Positions 19,550-30,140 are shown, counted from the first letter of the stretch. The stretch is DNA of 64,000 nt from an uncultured bacterium (GCA_903824675.1 CAIJXV010000088.1:7318-71317); one strand, 5' to 3'. Translations and numbers: made by a program. Notes: generated by a model not told the origin, from the sequence alone.

Positions 19550-19879
19550 ATGGGTACACGGTTATATGTGGGCAATCTGTCGTTCAACAGCACCGAGGAT
19601 GGACTTCGCCAGGCTTTCAGCCAGGCCGGCGCGGTCAAAGACTGCCGGTTGATGATTGATAAATTCACCAACAAATCGCGCGGTTTTGCGTTCATTGAGA
19701 TGGAAACGCAGGCTGATGCGAATAAAGCGATTGAAATGTTCAATGGCAAGGATCTCGATGGCCGTTCTTTGAAGGTCAACGAAGCCAAGCCTTTGGAAGA
19801 TCGTCCCCGTCGTGAAGGTGGTGGTGGTGGCGGCGGCGGCGATCGCCGTGACAGCCGCGGCCCTCGTCGCGACTATTGA
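19550..19879 (+). CDS. RRM-type RNA-binding protein with a glycine-rich tail
   Basis: RNP2 LYVGNLSF and RNP1 RGFAFIEM. The C-terminus reads GGGGGGGGDRRDSRGPRRDY. Confidence 0.85.
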   Translation: MGTRLYVGNLSFNSTEDGLRQAFSQAGAVKDCRLMIDKFTNKSRGFAFIEMETQADANKAIEMFNGKDLDGRSLKVNEAKPLEDRPRREGGGGGGGGDRRDSRGPRRDY

Positions 19880-20075
19880 TATTGATGCGGTTTTGCCGCA
19901 GTTGAATATCAGCCCCGGACAAGGGGTTGGGTTTTGGAGTGCTTGACACTTCTGAATTCAGCCTTTTGACTGGGGCTCGTTTTTTTTAGGGGCCCATATT
20001 TTTCTTGCCTATCCGTGAGGAAGCGTCAAAATTGCGGCTATCAATACGGTAATTGTGGTTAAGGAGGAGGTCCGC

Positions 20076-21698
20076 ATGAAGTTCTTTCATTCGATGGTAG
20101 GGCTATCGCTGGCAATGATCCTGGCCGGGAGTTGGGGATGTTCGAAGGCAAAGACCGAAAAAAATGCCGATCAGGCGCGGGCCGAACAAGTATTGGCCGA
20201 TGAAGCGCGGGTTCAGGCGGAACAGGCCCGGGCTGAAAAAGCACGCATCGATTTCCAAACCATCATGATGACTTGCGATCAGCTCCAGCAGGAAGGGAAG
20301 CTGGCGGAAATGATGGCGGCCTTGGAAGGCGCCCTGGCCAATCCGGAATTGAGCGTGTTTAAGGGCGATGTTTTCCAGCGCATTCTTTTTGCCGAGTTAA
20401 CGGCTGACCATTTATCTGGTGCCCAGACCCGTTTTCTGGCCATGCGGCGGGCCGATCTGGCCGTGGCACAGCGCTGCCAGGGACTGATTGAAGGGCATCT
20501 TTTTGAGCGCCAACAATTTGCCGCGTTGGGAGAGTGGGTTACCTCCCTGCTGAAGGAGGAGACCGACGAAGGTCTGATCCTCGCTTTGGCTCGTTGGCAA
20601 TTCCGGGCTGCGCGGGCTCAGGGAACGGCGAATGCGGCGGTGGTTACGTTGACGCCTTTGGGGACCCGGGTGAGTCCGGTCGTCTGGCGGGGATTGGCGG
20701 GGGAATTCGGTTCCATCTTGATTCAGTCCGGGGTGGCCGATGAAGCCGGCCAGTTGATCGAATTCTTGGGTGCCCGGGAAGCCGCGGATCCCGAAATTGG
20801 ACCTTTGCGGATTACGTTGCGGTTGGCCTTGTGGATTTCCCGGCAGGAATGGGATCCCGCTACTGAATTCCTGAAAGGGTTGGCGACGAAGACCGGGGAT
20901 GCGTCCTTTAATGGATATTTCGTTCAGATTGCGGACCCCCTGCGGCGCGCCCAGCAAAATGAGAAACTCGTGGCGCTGTGCAAGTGGGCGATATATGAAT
21001 TAAAAGATAAACCCGCGACTCGCGAAACGGCCGCCCAGATGTATGTTCGTAATGCAGTGGAGATCGAGCAGGTCGCCCTGGCGCTCGATCGGATCAACGA
21101 GTTGAAAACGGCGGGCTTCGACGTGACCCATGTGGCTCGTTGGCTGGACCTGGCCTACCCCATTTCCATGAAAAATGGAGTGGATGAAGATTTCAAGGCC
21201 CTGTTGGTTTTGTGTGAAGCCATTCTGCCCGGTTTGGCGGATCCCCGCGATCAGGCGAATGTGGCCGGGATCATTCTGGATGTTTCCTTCCGGCTGGACC
21301 GGTTCGAGACCGCCCTGAAAGTGGTGGAGCGCGGCGTCAGTGGCCAGGACAAAGCCTGGCATGAGGCGATGATCAATAAGGTCAAGGCGCATATCGATAT
21401 GCAGCAGGGCCGTCCGCTGGACGCGGCTCAAAAATTCACTAAATACCTTAACGAGACCGCTTCGACCATGGAACCGGCCATCGATCCCATCACCGGTGAA
21501 CTGATCACCCGCGCCATGGTGCAGGGTTTGAATGCCAAGCGAATCGCCGATTTGATGAAAAAGGGCGGGAACGATGCGGAGGCCGCGGTCTATTATACGA
21601 AAACCCGGGAATATTATTCCCAAGCGCTTAAGACGATCGACCCCAAATCCAGCTGGGTACAGAAAATCAAGACGGAATTGGCGGAGATTCCCCAGTAA
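20076..21698 (+). CDS. Hypothetical lipoprotein (helical, TPR-like)
   Basis: Strong SD aaggaggagg upstream of the ATG at 20076. Signal plus lipobox-like LAGSWGC. Alpha-helical composition. Confidence 0.6.
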   Translation: MKFFHSMVGLSLAMILAGSWGCSKAKTEKNADQARAEQVLADEARVQAEQARAEKARIDFQTIMMTCDQLQQEGKLAEMMAALEGALANPELSVFKGDVFQRILFAELTADHLSGAQTRFLAMRRADLAVAQRCQGLIEGHLFERQQFAALGEWVTSLLKEETDEGLILALARWQFRAARAQGTANAAVVTLTPLGTRVSPVVWRGLAGEFGSILIQSGVADEAGQLIEFLGAREAADPEIGPLRITLRLALWISRQEWDPATEFLKGLATKTGDASFNGYFVQIADPLRRAQQNEKLVALCKWAIYELKDKPATRETAAQMYVRNAVEIEQVALALDRINELKTAGFDVTHVARWLDLAYPISMKNGVDEDFKALLVLCEAILPGLADPRDQANVAGIILDVSFRLDRFETALKVVERGVSGQDKAWHEAMINKVKAHIDMQQGRPLDAAQKFTKYLNETASTMEPAIDPITGELITRAMVQGLNAKRIADLMKKGGNDAEAAVYYTKTREYYSQALKTIDPKSSWVQKIKTELAEIPQ

Positions 21699-21790
21699 AT
21701 TTTCGCCTGAAACAAGGCGGATCATCCAAAGGCCGGTTTTTGCACCCTGTGCGAAACACCGGCCTTTGTTGTCAGACTGAAAGGCGTGCT

Positions 21791-22378
21791 ATGAAAAGGT
21801 TTCAACGGATAGTTCTGTGTGGACTCCTGGGGGGTGGGTTGGGGCTGGGTCTGTTGCTGGCATCCGAAACGAAAGGAATACCTGTGTCGTCCATTTATGA
21901 TTTGACGGTTAAAACGATTGAAGGCAAGGACGCGGCCCTGTCCGCCTATACCGGCCAGGTGGTCATGATTGTGAATGTCGCCAGCAAATGCGGATTCACA
22001 CCCCAATACAAGGGACTCGAGGCCCTGTATCAACGGTATCGGGCGCAAGGTTTTGTCGTGCTGGGCTTCCCCTCCAATGATTTCCTGGGGCAGGAACCGG
22101 GAACGGATGCCGAAATTCAGCAGTTTTGCTCGCTGCGCTACCAGGTCACGTTTCCCCTGTTTTCAAAAATCACGGTCAAAGGTAAGTCCGCGCATCCGTT
22201 GTATCAATACCTGACCGACCCACAAACCAATCCCGAATTCGGCGGCAACATCAGCTGGAACTTCAATAAATTCCTGATCGATCGGCGGGGCCGGATTGTG
22301 GCCCGCTTTGGCAGTCGCACCACGCCCGAGTCCGAAGACGTGAAGGTCGCCATTGAGAAAGCATTGGCCGATCGCTAA
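21791..22378 (+). CDS. Glutathione peroxidase
   Basis: VASKCGFTPQYKGLEALY catalytic Cys motif. LGFPSNDFLGQEPG. WNFNKFLIDRRG. Confidence 0.9.
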   Translation: MKRFQRIVLCGLLGGGLGLGLLLASETKGIPVSSIYDLTVKTIEGKDAALSAYTGQVVMIVNVASKCGFTPQYKGLEALYQRYRAQGFVVLGFPSNDFLGQEPGTDAEIQQFCSLRYQVTFPLFSKITVKGKSAHPLYQYLTDPQTNPEFGGNISWNFNKFLIDRRGRIVARFGSRTTPESEDVKVAIEKALADR

Positions 22379-22397
22379 AGTCGGGGGGCCGTTGCTG

Positions 22398-23030
22398 ATG
22401 TTCAAGGTCTTTTCTAAAAAAGAAAAAGTGACCGCGGTGGTCTATGGAACCAGCCTGACCGCCGGCGGGGCGTGGGTCAACCAACTCCAGGACTGGATCG
22501 AAACCCTTTTCCCGGGGCGATTGACCCTGATCAATAGCGGACAGAATTCCCGGGCATCCAATACCGGCCTGGCCCATCTCCAGCCCTTGGTCCTCGCCCA
22601 TTCGCCGGATATCGTGCTGATCGAATTTGCCGTCAATGATGCCTATCGCGATTATGGTCCGGAGGATCTGGATCGCGGCATCTCCCTCGAAAAATCCCGT
22701 TCCAACCTGAATGCCATGATCGATCGTATCCAGGAGGCGAATCCCCAGGCGGACATCGTTCTGCAAACGATGAACAGTGCGTGGGACGCCCCATCGAACT
22801 ATCGGGCGGCAACCCTGCGTCCTCAGCTTGCGGAATATTATCAAGGATACCGGGAGGTGGCCCGGCAACGGGGACTGCTCTTGATCGATCATCACGTCCA
22901 CTGGTGCGAGCTTCAAGGACGTCAACGGGCGCTGTTTGAGTCCTACATTCCCGATGGAATCCATCCCGAAGACACCGGGTGCGAGACGATCATCCTGCCC
23001 GAATTAAAAGCGCGGCTCACCTCGATTTAG
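22398..23030 (+). CDS. SGNH/GDSL-family hydrolase (lipase or acylesterase-like)
   Basis: Block I VVYGTSLTAGG (GDSL-like, with Thr replacing Asp). A C-terminal DGIHP block supplies the catalytic His. Confidence 0.65.
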   Translation: MFKVFSKKEKVTAVVYGTSLTAGGAWVNQLQDWIETLFPGRLTLINSGQNSRASNTGLAHLQPLVLAHSPDIVLIEFAVNDAYRDYGPEDLDRGISLEKSRSNLNAMIDRIQEANPQADIVLQTMNSAWDAPSNYRAATLRPQLAEYYQGYREVARQRGLLLIDHHVHWCELQGRQRALFESYIPDGIHPEDTGCETIILPELKARLTSI

Positions 23031-23044
23031 ACGTCAGGTCACCG

Positions 23045-23261
23045 GCGTCTCTTCCCAGCGGAGGGCGGTCCGACCGTACCGGATGCCCAGCTTACGCATC
23101 CGGGCGCGCAGCGTATTGGCTTGAATACCCAAGAGATTGGCGGCACCTCCCGCTCCTTGGATTCGGCCCCGGGCCGTGTGCATGGCCTTGCGGATATGTT
23201 CCGCGGTCATGTCGCAACTCTTTGAAAATGTCCCCATTAACAGACTCCGGCATATCAGCAA
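23045..23261 (-). pseudogene. Orphan C-terminal Fis-type HTH fragment of a sigma-54-dependent (NtrC-family) regulator
   Basis: EHIRKAMHTARGRIQGAGGAANLLGIQANTLRARMRKLGI matches the extreme C-terminal Fis HTH of NtrC-like activators. No AAA+ or receiver domains lie upstream; an IS remnant occupies that position. Confidence 0.5.
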
Positions 23262-23270
23262 GGAGACCCC

Positions 23271-24004
23271 ATGGAGATGATAGCAATGAGCGCCAAGGAG
23301 CGACGACGAATGAATTTGATGTCACGCGTGAGGAGCCGTGTTCTGAAATGGAGTGCCGCTTCGAGCGATATGTGCGCCTGCATGACCTGCCGACGGCGCT
23401 CTATCCGGACCGCGACAGCATCTATGTCTGTACGCGCGAAGCGTGCCTGGAAGGGGATCTGGCCCAGGTAGGTCCCGAGACGCAGTTCGCCCGCGCCATG
23501 CGCGAACTGGGGGTGGAACTGATCCCCGCACACTCACCCCAAGCCAAAGGACGGGTGGAGCGACGCCATGGCCGATTCCAGGACCGTCTGGTCAAGGAAA
23601 TGCGCCTGCGGGGCATCTCCAGTATCGAGGCGGCCAACGCCTATCTCGAGGGACCCTTCCTAAAGATGATCAATGAACGCTACACGGTCAAAGCGCGTGA
23701 CCCCGCGAACGGCCACCTGCCGCGGCCGACCCCCGCCACTCTGGCCTTGGTCATCTCCTGGCAAGAATCCCGTAGCGTGGCAAAGGATTGGACCATTCGC
23801 TGGCGCAATCGCCAGTTCCAAATTGATGCTCGACACGCGGCACTGGGTCTTCCCGGTCGGCGCGTCATCGTCGTCGAACGCCGCGACGCACCTCCGCCCG
23901 CCATACCCACCCCCCGACCCTCCCGGCCGCTGATCACCCGTGGCGCCAGAGCGCTATTCCCCCTCCCCCCGTCTGGTTCCCCGCCCTCTTCCGACGAGCT
24001 ATAG
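23271..24004 (+). mobile_element. Degenerate IS481-like (rve/DDE) transposase remnant with an internal deletion and a frameshift
   Basis: The N-terminal frame gives MSAKERRRMNLMSRV, the IS481/ISNCY-type HTH start. A second frame gives DRDSIYVC...AHSPQAKGRVERRHGRFQDRLVKEMRLRGI, the rve integrase core C-terminal motif. The total is ~245 aa against ~400 aa expected. Confidence 0.6.
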
Positions 24005-24234
24005 AGCCCATTCTCAGAGGGCGGGAAACCAGACTGCCGCCCCGTCCAAACACACTGCAACCCTAAGATGAAAAGGGGACATTTCTAATGAGTCTTGACA
24101 CGGTTTCCACCGTTGACTTGTGAGGTCGTAAAGTCCAAAATAACTTCAATTAAGCAATCCGACTCTTTCGTCAGGTGTGTCGATGAGCGAGGATGCACTG
24201 ACCCGGTCATGATGACCACAGAGGAAAGAGCAAT

Positions 24235-25842
24235 ATGACAGATTTCACGCATTTCGGTCTCGAGCTCGCGCTTCTGCGGGCGATTAAAGAACTGGGTTTT
24301 GAGAAACCCACTCCCGTTCAAAGCAAAGTGCTTCCCCTGCTCATGAAGGGCACAGAGGATGTGGTGGCGCTGGCCCAGACCGGCACCGGAAAAACGGCCG
24401 CCTATGGTCTGCCCCTGGTGCAGCTGACGGATCCCGCCAACCCCGCGACCCAGGCTTTGATTCTCTGTCCAACCCGCGAGTTATGCCTGCAGATCACCAA
24501 GGATCTGAATGGATTCGCCAAATATATTCCGGAAATCCGGATTCTCGCGGTCTATGGAGGAGCCTCCATTAGCGAACAAATTCGGGTCCTCAAGCGGGGC
24601 GCCCAGATCGTGGTGGCCACTCCGGGCCGGATGAACGACCTCCTGCGCCGCAAAAGTGCCAAGCTGGATGCGGTTGCGAGCATCGTGCTGGATGAGGCCG
24701 ACGAAATGCTCAACATGGGCTTTCAGGAGGATGTCGAAACCATTTTGAAGGAGATGCCCGAGACCGTCCGCAAACTGATGTTCTCCGCCACCATGCCGCG
24801 GCAGGTTGCGGCGATTGCCGGCAAATATATGCATGAGCCCGAGGAGATCACCATCGGCCAGCGCAATTCCGGTTCGGAAAATATCAGCCACGAATATTAT
24901 ATGGTCCATGCCAAGGACCGCTACCTGGCTCTGAAACGGATTGTGGATTTCAACCGGAATATGTATGCCATCATCTTCTGCCGGACCCGGGCGGATACCC
25001 AGGAAGTCGCCGCCAAACTCATGGCGGATGGCTACCCCGCCGATGCCTTGCACGGCGATTTGACCCAGGATCAGCGTGATCGTGTCATGAAGAAATTCCG
25101 CAACCGGGCAATCCAGCTGTTGGTCGCCACCGATGTGGCGGCGCGCGGACTGGATGTCACCGATTTGACCCACGTGATTAATTACGAGCTGCCCGACGAG
25201 GCGCGCGGGTATACCCATCGCAGCGGACGGACGGGGCGGGCCGGCAAGGAAGGCGTCTCGATCGTCATCGTCAACCTGCGGGAAGAATATAAAATCGGCT
25301 ACATCGAGCGGCTCATCAAGCAGAAGTTTGTCCACAAACAGATTCCGTCCGGTCAGGAGGTCTGTGTCTCCCAACTCCGGGGGTTGATTGAACGACTCCA
25401 GCAAGTCGATTTGCGCGATGCGGCGATCAAGCCCTTTATGCCGATCGTGGCTGAAGCGTTGGCTGCCATGCCTCCGGATGAAGTCGTGAAACGCTGTATC
25501 CTGCTCGAGTTCAATCGCTTTTTGTCCTATTACAAAGACGCCCCGGACCTGAATCAGGGACAACGGCCGGCGGGGGGTCATGAGCGGAGCCGGACGCGCA
25601 CCGATCACACCCTGGTCAAGCTGGAAATCAACCTGGGAGCCCGGAACGGGTTGACGCCTGCAGAATTGATCGGCGTGATCAATCGGGCCACACCCGGTCC
25701 CCAGTTGCGTATCGGCCGGATTCAAATCACCGAACATATCAGTCAATTCGAAGTCGCCGGCGAGGCGGCCCGGGATTTGGCCCATGCGATGAGCCAGGCC
25801 AGTTACAATAATCGCAAAATCACCGCGAGATTAGCCCGCTAA
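24235..25842 (+). CDS. deaD: DEAD-box ATP-dependent RNA helicase (DeaD/CsdA-like) with a C-terminal DbpA-type RNA-binding domain
   Basis: Q-motif and Walker A AQTGTGKT. The DEAD box is realised as VLDEADEML, with SAT and HRSGRTGRAG. The C-terminal KLEINLGARNGLTPAELIGVI is DbpA-like. Confidence 0.9.
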   Translation: MTDFTHFGLELALLRAIKELGFEKPTPVQSKVLPLLMKGTEDVVALAQTGTGKTAAYGLPLVQLTDPANPATQALILCPTRELCLQITKDLNGFAKYIPEIRILAVYGGASISEQIRVLKRGAQIVVATPGRMNDLLRRKSAKLDAVASIVLDEADEMLNMGFQEDVETILKEMPETVRKLMFSATMPRQVAAIAGKYMHEPEEITIGQRNSGSENISHEYYMVHAKDRYLALKRIVDFNRNMYAIIFCRTRADTQEVAAKLMADGYPADALHGDLTQDQRDRVMKKFRNRAIQLLVATDVAARGLDVTDLTHVINYELPDEARGYTHRSGRTGRAGKEGVSIVIVNLREEYKIGYIERLIKQKFVHKQIPSGQEVCVSQLRGLIERLQQVDLRDAAIKPFMPIVAEALAAMPPDEVVKRCILLEFNRFLSYYKDAPDLNQGQRPAGGHERSRTRTDHTLVKLEINLGARNGLTPAELIGVINRATPGPQLRIGRIQITEHISQFEVAGEAARDLAHAMSQASYNNRKITARLAR

Positions 25843-25898
25843 TGGATTCCTAAAGCCCAAGCAGGGACACGACTTCCACCGCAGCAGGAGAACCCACG

Positions 25899-27920
25899 AT
25901 GCTGTATCCGGGAAAATGGCATGGGGACGAACGCTACCTCGGCCTTCACTACGATCTGCACGCCGATGTGGGCGATACGGATTTGGGCAGCCGGTGCGGA
26001 GAGGACGAACTGGTACCCCTGCTGCAAATGATGGCGCCGGATTTCGTGCAGACCGATTGCAAAGGGCATCCGGGTTACACGAGTTGGTTCAGCCAGGTCG
26101 CCGATGCGTCCATGCCTCCGGGCTTGAAACACGATGCCCTGATGCAATGGCGCCAGGCCACCCGTAAACTGGGACTCCCTTTGCACTGTCACTACTCCGG
26201 TGTCTGGGATAAAGCGGCCGGGGCAAAACATCCTGAATGGTGTGTGGTCACGGCAGATGGTAAGCCCGCCGGCGCTCCCTTCGGTCAGAACGCCGGCGCA
26301 CCGACCGGCGAAAAAATGTGTCCGCGCAGTCTCTATCTCGATCAGTTGATGATCCCCCAGATGCTGGAATTGATCGACCGCTATGAGGTGGACGGTTTCT
26401 GGATCGACGGCGACCTCTGGGCGGTCGAACCCTGCTATTGCGCCAAATGCAAGGACGCCTGGCACCGGCAGACCGGGCTTGCCGAGCCGCCCGCGCAGAC
26501 GACCGATCCCGAGTGGCCGCGTTGGTGGAACTTCACGCGCACGAGTTTTTATGACCTGGTGACCCGCTACTGCGATGCGGTGCATACGCACAAGCCGGGT
26601 GTGCTCGTCTGCTCGAACTGGTTGCAGACCTTCAAGAACCCCGGCGCTCCGGTGGTACCCACCGACTGGATCAGCGGTGACAACGCCTGGGTCTGGGGGC
26701 TCGACGGCAGTCGCTGCGAGGCGCGTTTCCTATCCACCCGCGGCAAGCCGTGGGATATCATGCTGTGGAATTTTTACTGCTCCCACGACATGGGCAAACC
26801 CGAATCGTCATGGACGGTCAAGCCGCCCCAGATGCTGATGCAGGAGGCGGCGGTGTTGCTGAGCTTCGGGGGCAACGTGCAGGTCTATGAGCATCCGCCG
26901 GTGCGCGACGGTCGGTTGATCGAATGGCGGCAGCGGCGACTCGGGGAGTTCGCGACATTCGTCAAGGCGCGGCGCGAACTCTGCCAGCACACGGAGACCT
27001 TTCCCCAAATCGCCATCCTGCACTCCGAACATCACCTGTTCAGCGACGTGCGCGGCAAGAACCTGATGTGGAATGTCGATGCCGCGCCGGTGCAAGGTGC
27101 TGTCTACGCTCTGCTGGAGAACAGCTATGGCGTCGACATCCTGGACGAGTGGGCACTGCTGCCGCGCGTGAACGAATTTCCGCTGATCGTCGTGCCCGAG
27201 CAGACGCGCCTGTCCGAACCGATGGTCGCGGCTTTGCGAGCCTATGTCGAGAACGGCGGGCACCTGCTGCTGACCGGCAGCGACCTGTTCGACCGGTTCG
27301 AAGAAACGTTCCTCGGCTTCCGCACCAGCGAAGTCCAGGCGGAAAAGACCTATGTGGTCCCGGCCGCCGATGGCGAGGTGCCGCTTTATAGCCGAAACTG
27401 GCGCCTGGGCACGGTTACCACCGCAAAGGCGATCGGTCCTCTCGGCCGCGGGTGCTTGCTCGAGGATTGCTTGCTACCCCATCCGTCGGCTGTTATCAAT
27501 AAGGTCGGACAGGGGCAGGTTGCCTATGTGCCGGCCGATGTGTTCCGCGATTTTGCCCACAATCGTTATCCCCTGACCCGCTGTTTTATCGGCGCTCTGG
27601 CGGATCGGTTGCTGCCGAAACCCGACATCCGGGTGCAGGCGCCGCCGAGTGTGGACATCACGTTGCGCCGACGAGCTGATACGCGCCTGGTGCACCTCGT
27701 CAATCGCGCCAGTGGTGTTCCGAATTCGCCGAACAACGGCGCGATTGATGCCATTCCCGCCGTCGGCCCTGTTACGGTGCGGATGAGTCTGAACGCGAAG
27801 CCGCGCGCGGTCAGCTGGGCGCTGGAGCCTGGCGAGATAGATTGGCAGTGGGCGGCGGGATCGCTCTCGGTCCGCATTCCGGCCGTGACAATTCACGGCG
27901 TTTTGGTGGTGGACGCCTGA
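25899..27920 (+). CDS. Putative glycoside hydrolase: TIM-barrel N-domain plus a GH42-like trimerisation (GATase-like) C-domain
   Basis: C-terminal LIVVPEQTRLSEPMVAALRAYVENGGHLLLTGSD resembles the GH42 beta-galactosidase middle domain. DGFWIDGDLWAVEPCYC is N-terminal. The family is not resolved. Confidence 0.5.
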   Translation: MLYPGKWHGDERYLGLHYDLHADVGDTDLGSRCGEDELVPLLQMMAPDFVQTDCKGHPGYTSWFSQVADASMPPGLKHDALMQWRQATRKLGLPLHCHYSGVWDKAAGAKHPEWCVVTADGKPAGAPFGQNAGAPTGEKMCPRSLYLDQLMIPQMLELIDRYEVDGFWIDGDLWAVEPCYCAKCKDAWHRQTGLAEPPAQTTDPEWPRWWNFTRTSFYDLVTRYCDAVHTHKPGVLVCSNWLQTFKNPGAPVVPTDWISGDNAWVWGLDGSRCEARFLSTRGKPWDIMLWNFYCSHDMGKPESSWTVKPPQMLMQEAAVLLSFGGNVQVYEHPPVRDGRLIEWRQRRLGEFATFVKARRELCQHTETFPQIAILHSEHHLFSDVRGKNLMWNVDAAPVQGAVYALLENSYGVDILDEWALLPRVNEFPLIVVPEQTRLSEPMVAALRAYVENGGHLLLTGSDLFDRFEETFLGFRTSEVQAEKTYVVPAADGEVPLYSRNWRLGTVTTAKAIGPLGRGCLLEDCLLPHPSAVINKVGQGQVAYVPADVFRDFAHNRYPLTRCFIGALADRLLPKPDIRVQAPPSVDITLRRRADTRLVHLVNRASGVPNSPNNGAIDAIPAVGPVTVRMSLNAKPRAVSWALEPGEIDWQWAAGSLSVRIPAVTIHGVLVVDA

Positions 27921-28043
27921 TCGGTCAGCCGGCCGTGCCTCCGACAGCCCTGCAAAGTGACTAATTTGTTTGTGTCGTAACCCGGAGATGATTAACATCT
28001 GGCGCGGTAGACGTATGAACCCGCCGTTTCAAGGAGAACGACC

Positions 28044-29234
28044 ATGTATCGTGCCGGACAAGAAGAGATCGATGAAGTATCCAAGGTCATTTTATCGAAA
28101 CAATGGTTTCGGGTCGGTGATCCAAAATCCGGACATCTGCAAGAGGTTGTGCTTTTTGAGCAAGAGTGGGCGGCGAAAATGGGGGTCACCTACGCCCTCC
28201 TGATGAGCGGAGGCGGGACGGCGGGTCTGGTCTGCGCCCTTGCGGCGCTCGGTATCGGGCCGGGGGACGAGGTCATCGTGCCCGCCTACACCTGGTTGGC
28301 CACCGCCACCTCGGTGTTGACGGTGGGCGCCATTCCGGTGTTGGCGGAAGTGGATGAAACCCTGGGGCTGGACCCCGCCGATTTTGAGCGCAAGATCGGT
28401 CCGAAAGTCAAGGCGGTGATCCCCGTTCACATGAGCGGCCGGCCGGCCAATCTGGAGGCGATTGTGGCCATTGCCCGCCAGCGGGGGATCAAGGTGGTTG
28501 AGGATTCCTGCCAAATGGACGGGGGTTCCTACAAAGGACGCCGGACCGGCACCTGGGGAGATGTGGGAGTATTCAGTTTCAATTATTACAAAATCATCTC
28601 CGCAGGCGGGGAGGGCGGATGCCTGGTGACGAATGACCGGCAGCTTTATGAGCGAGCCACCATTTATCACGATTCAGGCAGTGCATTTCGACCTCAGGCC
28701 GGTGAGCTGCAGACCCCGATCTTTGTGGCGCAGCAGTACCGGGCGGGTGAGGTGATGGGGGCCCTGGCGCGCGTCCAGATGAAACGCATGGACGGGATCA
28801 TCGCCGACTTGCGTCGGATGCGCAATACGCTGGCGGAGGCTGTTTCCGGGCGGGGGGGCGTTTGGGTGGCGCCCAGTAATGACCCGGCGGGTGACTGCGG
28901 GGTGATGTTGACTCTCCAGTTGAAAAACGAGGCCCAAGCCCGGGCCTTTGCCGCACAGCCCGGGGTTGGCGGTTTCGTACTGATTGACCATGGCAAACAT
29001 GTCTATACGAATTGGGAGCCCTTGCGTGAAAAGCGCATCTCGCACCATCCGGATATGAATCCCTTCTTCTTTCCCAAGAACCAGGGATTGCGCGCAGATT
29101 ACAGTGATACCGCCTGTCCGCGGACGCTGGAGATTTTACGCCGGACGGTTTACGTTGCCATCAATCCGGACTGGACGGATGTGGAGGTCAAGGCCAAGCA
29201 GAAAGACTTGCAGGCCGCGGCCGCGACCCTCTAA
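28044..29234 (+). CDS. DegT/DnrJ/EryC1/StrS-family PLP-dependent aminotransferase (sugar aminotransferase or dehydratase)
   Basis: GDEVIVPAYTWLATATSVLTVGAIPVLAEVD. DSCQMDGG. The PLP-lysine context is FSFNYYKIISAGGEGG. Confidence 0.85.
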   Translation: MYRAGQEEIDEVSKVILSKQWFRVGDPKSGHLQEVVLFEQEWAAKMGVTYALLMSGGGTAGLVCALAALGIGPGDEVIVPAYTWLATATSVLTVGAIPVLAEVDETLGLDPADFERKIGPKVKAVIPVHMSGRPANLEAIVAIARQRGIKVVEDSCQMDGGSYKGRRTGTWGDVGVFSFNYYKIISAGGEGGCLVTNDRQLYERATIYHDSGSAFRPQAGELQTPIFVAQQYRAGEVMGALARVQMKRMDGIIADLRRMRNTLAEAVSGRGGVWVAPSNDPAGDCGVMLTLQLKNEAQARAFAAQPGVGGFVLIDHGKHVYTNWEPLREKRISHHPDMNPFFFPKNQGLRADYSDTACPRTLEILRRTVYVAINPDWTDVEVKAKQKDLQAAAATL

Positions 29235-30064
29235 CCCCGGCTTAACTTTACGGCGATCAAGCCGGCGATGGTTCCGATGGCTTCGGTCGGCAGCGTTCTA
29301 CTTTTCACCGCCAGTATAGCCAGCGGAGTCTTTCCCGTATTGATCGACATGTAGCGTACTCCCATCAGATTCTCATCGGCCAGTTCCATTAAATCCCTGG
29401 AATGGTCCTGAAGAAATTTAACTTGGGTTTCAACCTCGGGAGCGAGATCGGATGACGCGGCTCCCGTAAAATGCTGCCATTTTCCCTCTCCATGGACATG
29501 GATCGAGCAATATTCCAGAGAAAATATCCGCAGGGTTTCCTTGGCAATTACCGAAAGATTGAGCTGGTCGGTTGGCAGGGATGAAAGCCGTTCGCCAAAT
29601 TCTTTTAATTGCTCCAGCGTTTTATTGAGGATCTCGGCTTTTCGTGAGTTTTCAGCCGCCGAGGCCGTCAACCGGCTGATGATCACCGAAGCCAGCAGGA
29701 AGGCAATGAGTGAAATCCAATCGGAGAAAGCGGTAATGTGGAGTGTTCCCGCCGGCTCCAAATAAAAATAATCAAAACAAAGCGTTGCCACTAAAGAGGT
29801 GGTGATGGCTACCAGGAGATCCCCGAAAAAAGCGGACAGCAGAACAATGATGAGGAAGCTGAAGGCGGCCGTTGGAGCGCTGGTGAGGGTGTCGAACTCC
29901 AGCGTGAGTTTCGTCGTGCCGAGAAGTGCCGCCGTAAAAGCGATCATCTTCCCCAGTCGCAGGAGCAAGGCGCGATGTTGGAGTGAAACTTTCATCATCA
30001 ATCTCCGAAACGTGTTTGAACGAAAGCTGTGCCATGACCAATCCTGCGGATAAGATAGTTCCAA
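29231..30064 (-). CDS. Orphan sensor module: DUF4118-like TM domain (KdpD-type) plus a GAF-like domain, with no kinase
   Basis: Four TM helices (IAFTAALLG..., FSFLIIVLLSAFFGDLLVAITTSLVATLCFDYFYLEP...) match the DUF4118 architecture. They are followed by a ~100-aa globular region. There is no HisKA or HATPase. The probable true start is MMKVSL at 29998. Confidence 0.45.
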   Translation of the reverse strand: MELSYPQDWSWHSFRSNTFRRLMMKVSLQHRALLLRLGKMIAFTAALLGTTKLTLEFDTLTSAPTAAFSFLIIVLLSAFFGDLLVAITTSLVATLCFDYFYLEPAGTLHITAFSDWISLIAFLLASVIISRLTASAAENSRKAEILNKTLEQLKEFGERLSSLPTDQLNLSVIAKETLRIFSLEYCSIHVHGEGKWQHFTGAASSDLAPEVETQVKFLQDHSRDLMELADENLMGVRYMSINTGKTPLAILAVKSRTLPTEAIGTIAGLIAVKLSRG

Positions 30065-30140
30065 ATAAAATCCAAAGCCAACTATAATTTTGGGGCGTCT
30101 AATTAAATTGTTGCGTTTAATGTGACCTCAGTCCAATGTT

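Noticed and set aside
22979-23300. 5' part of the 341-aa plus-strand ORF 22979..24004
   Set aside because: This is a read-through artefact. It overlaps the GDSL hydrolase end and the minus-strand Fis-HTH fragment. Only the 23271..24004 portion carries transposase-like sequence.
24481-25785. 434-aa minus-strand ORF
   Set aside because: It lies antisense within the DEAD-box helicase gene. It is a high-GC shadow ORF with no motifs, and the helicase on the plus strand is unambiguous.
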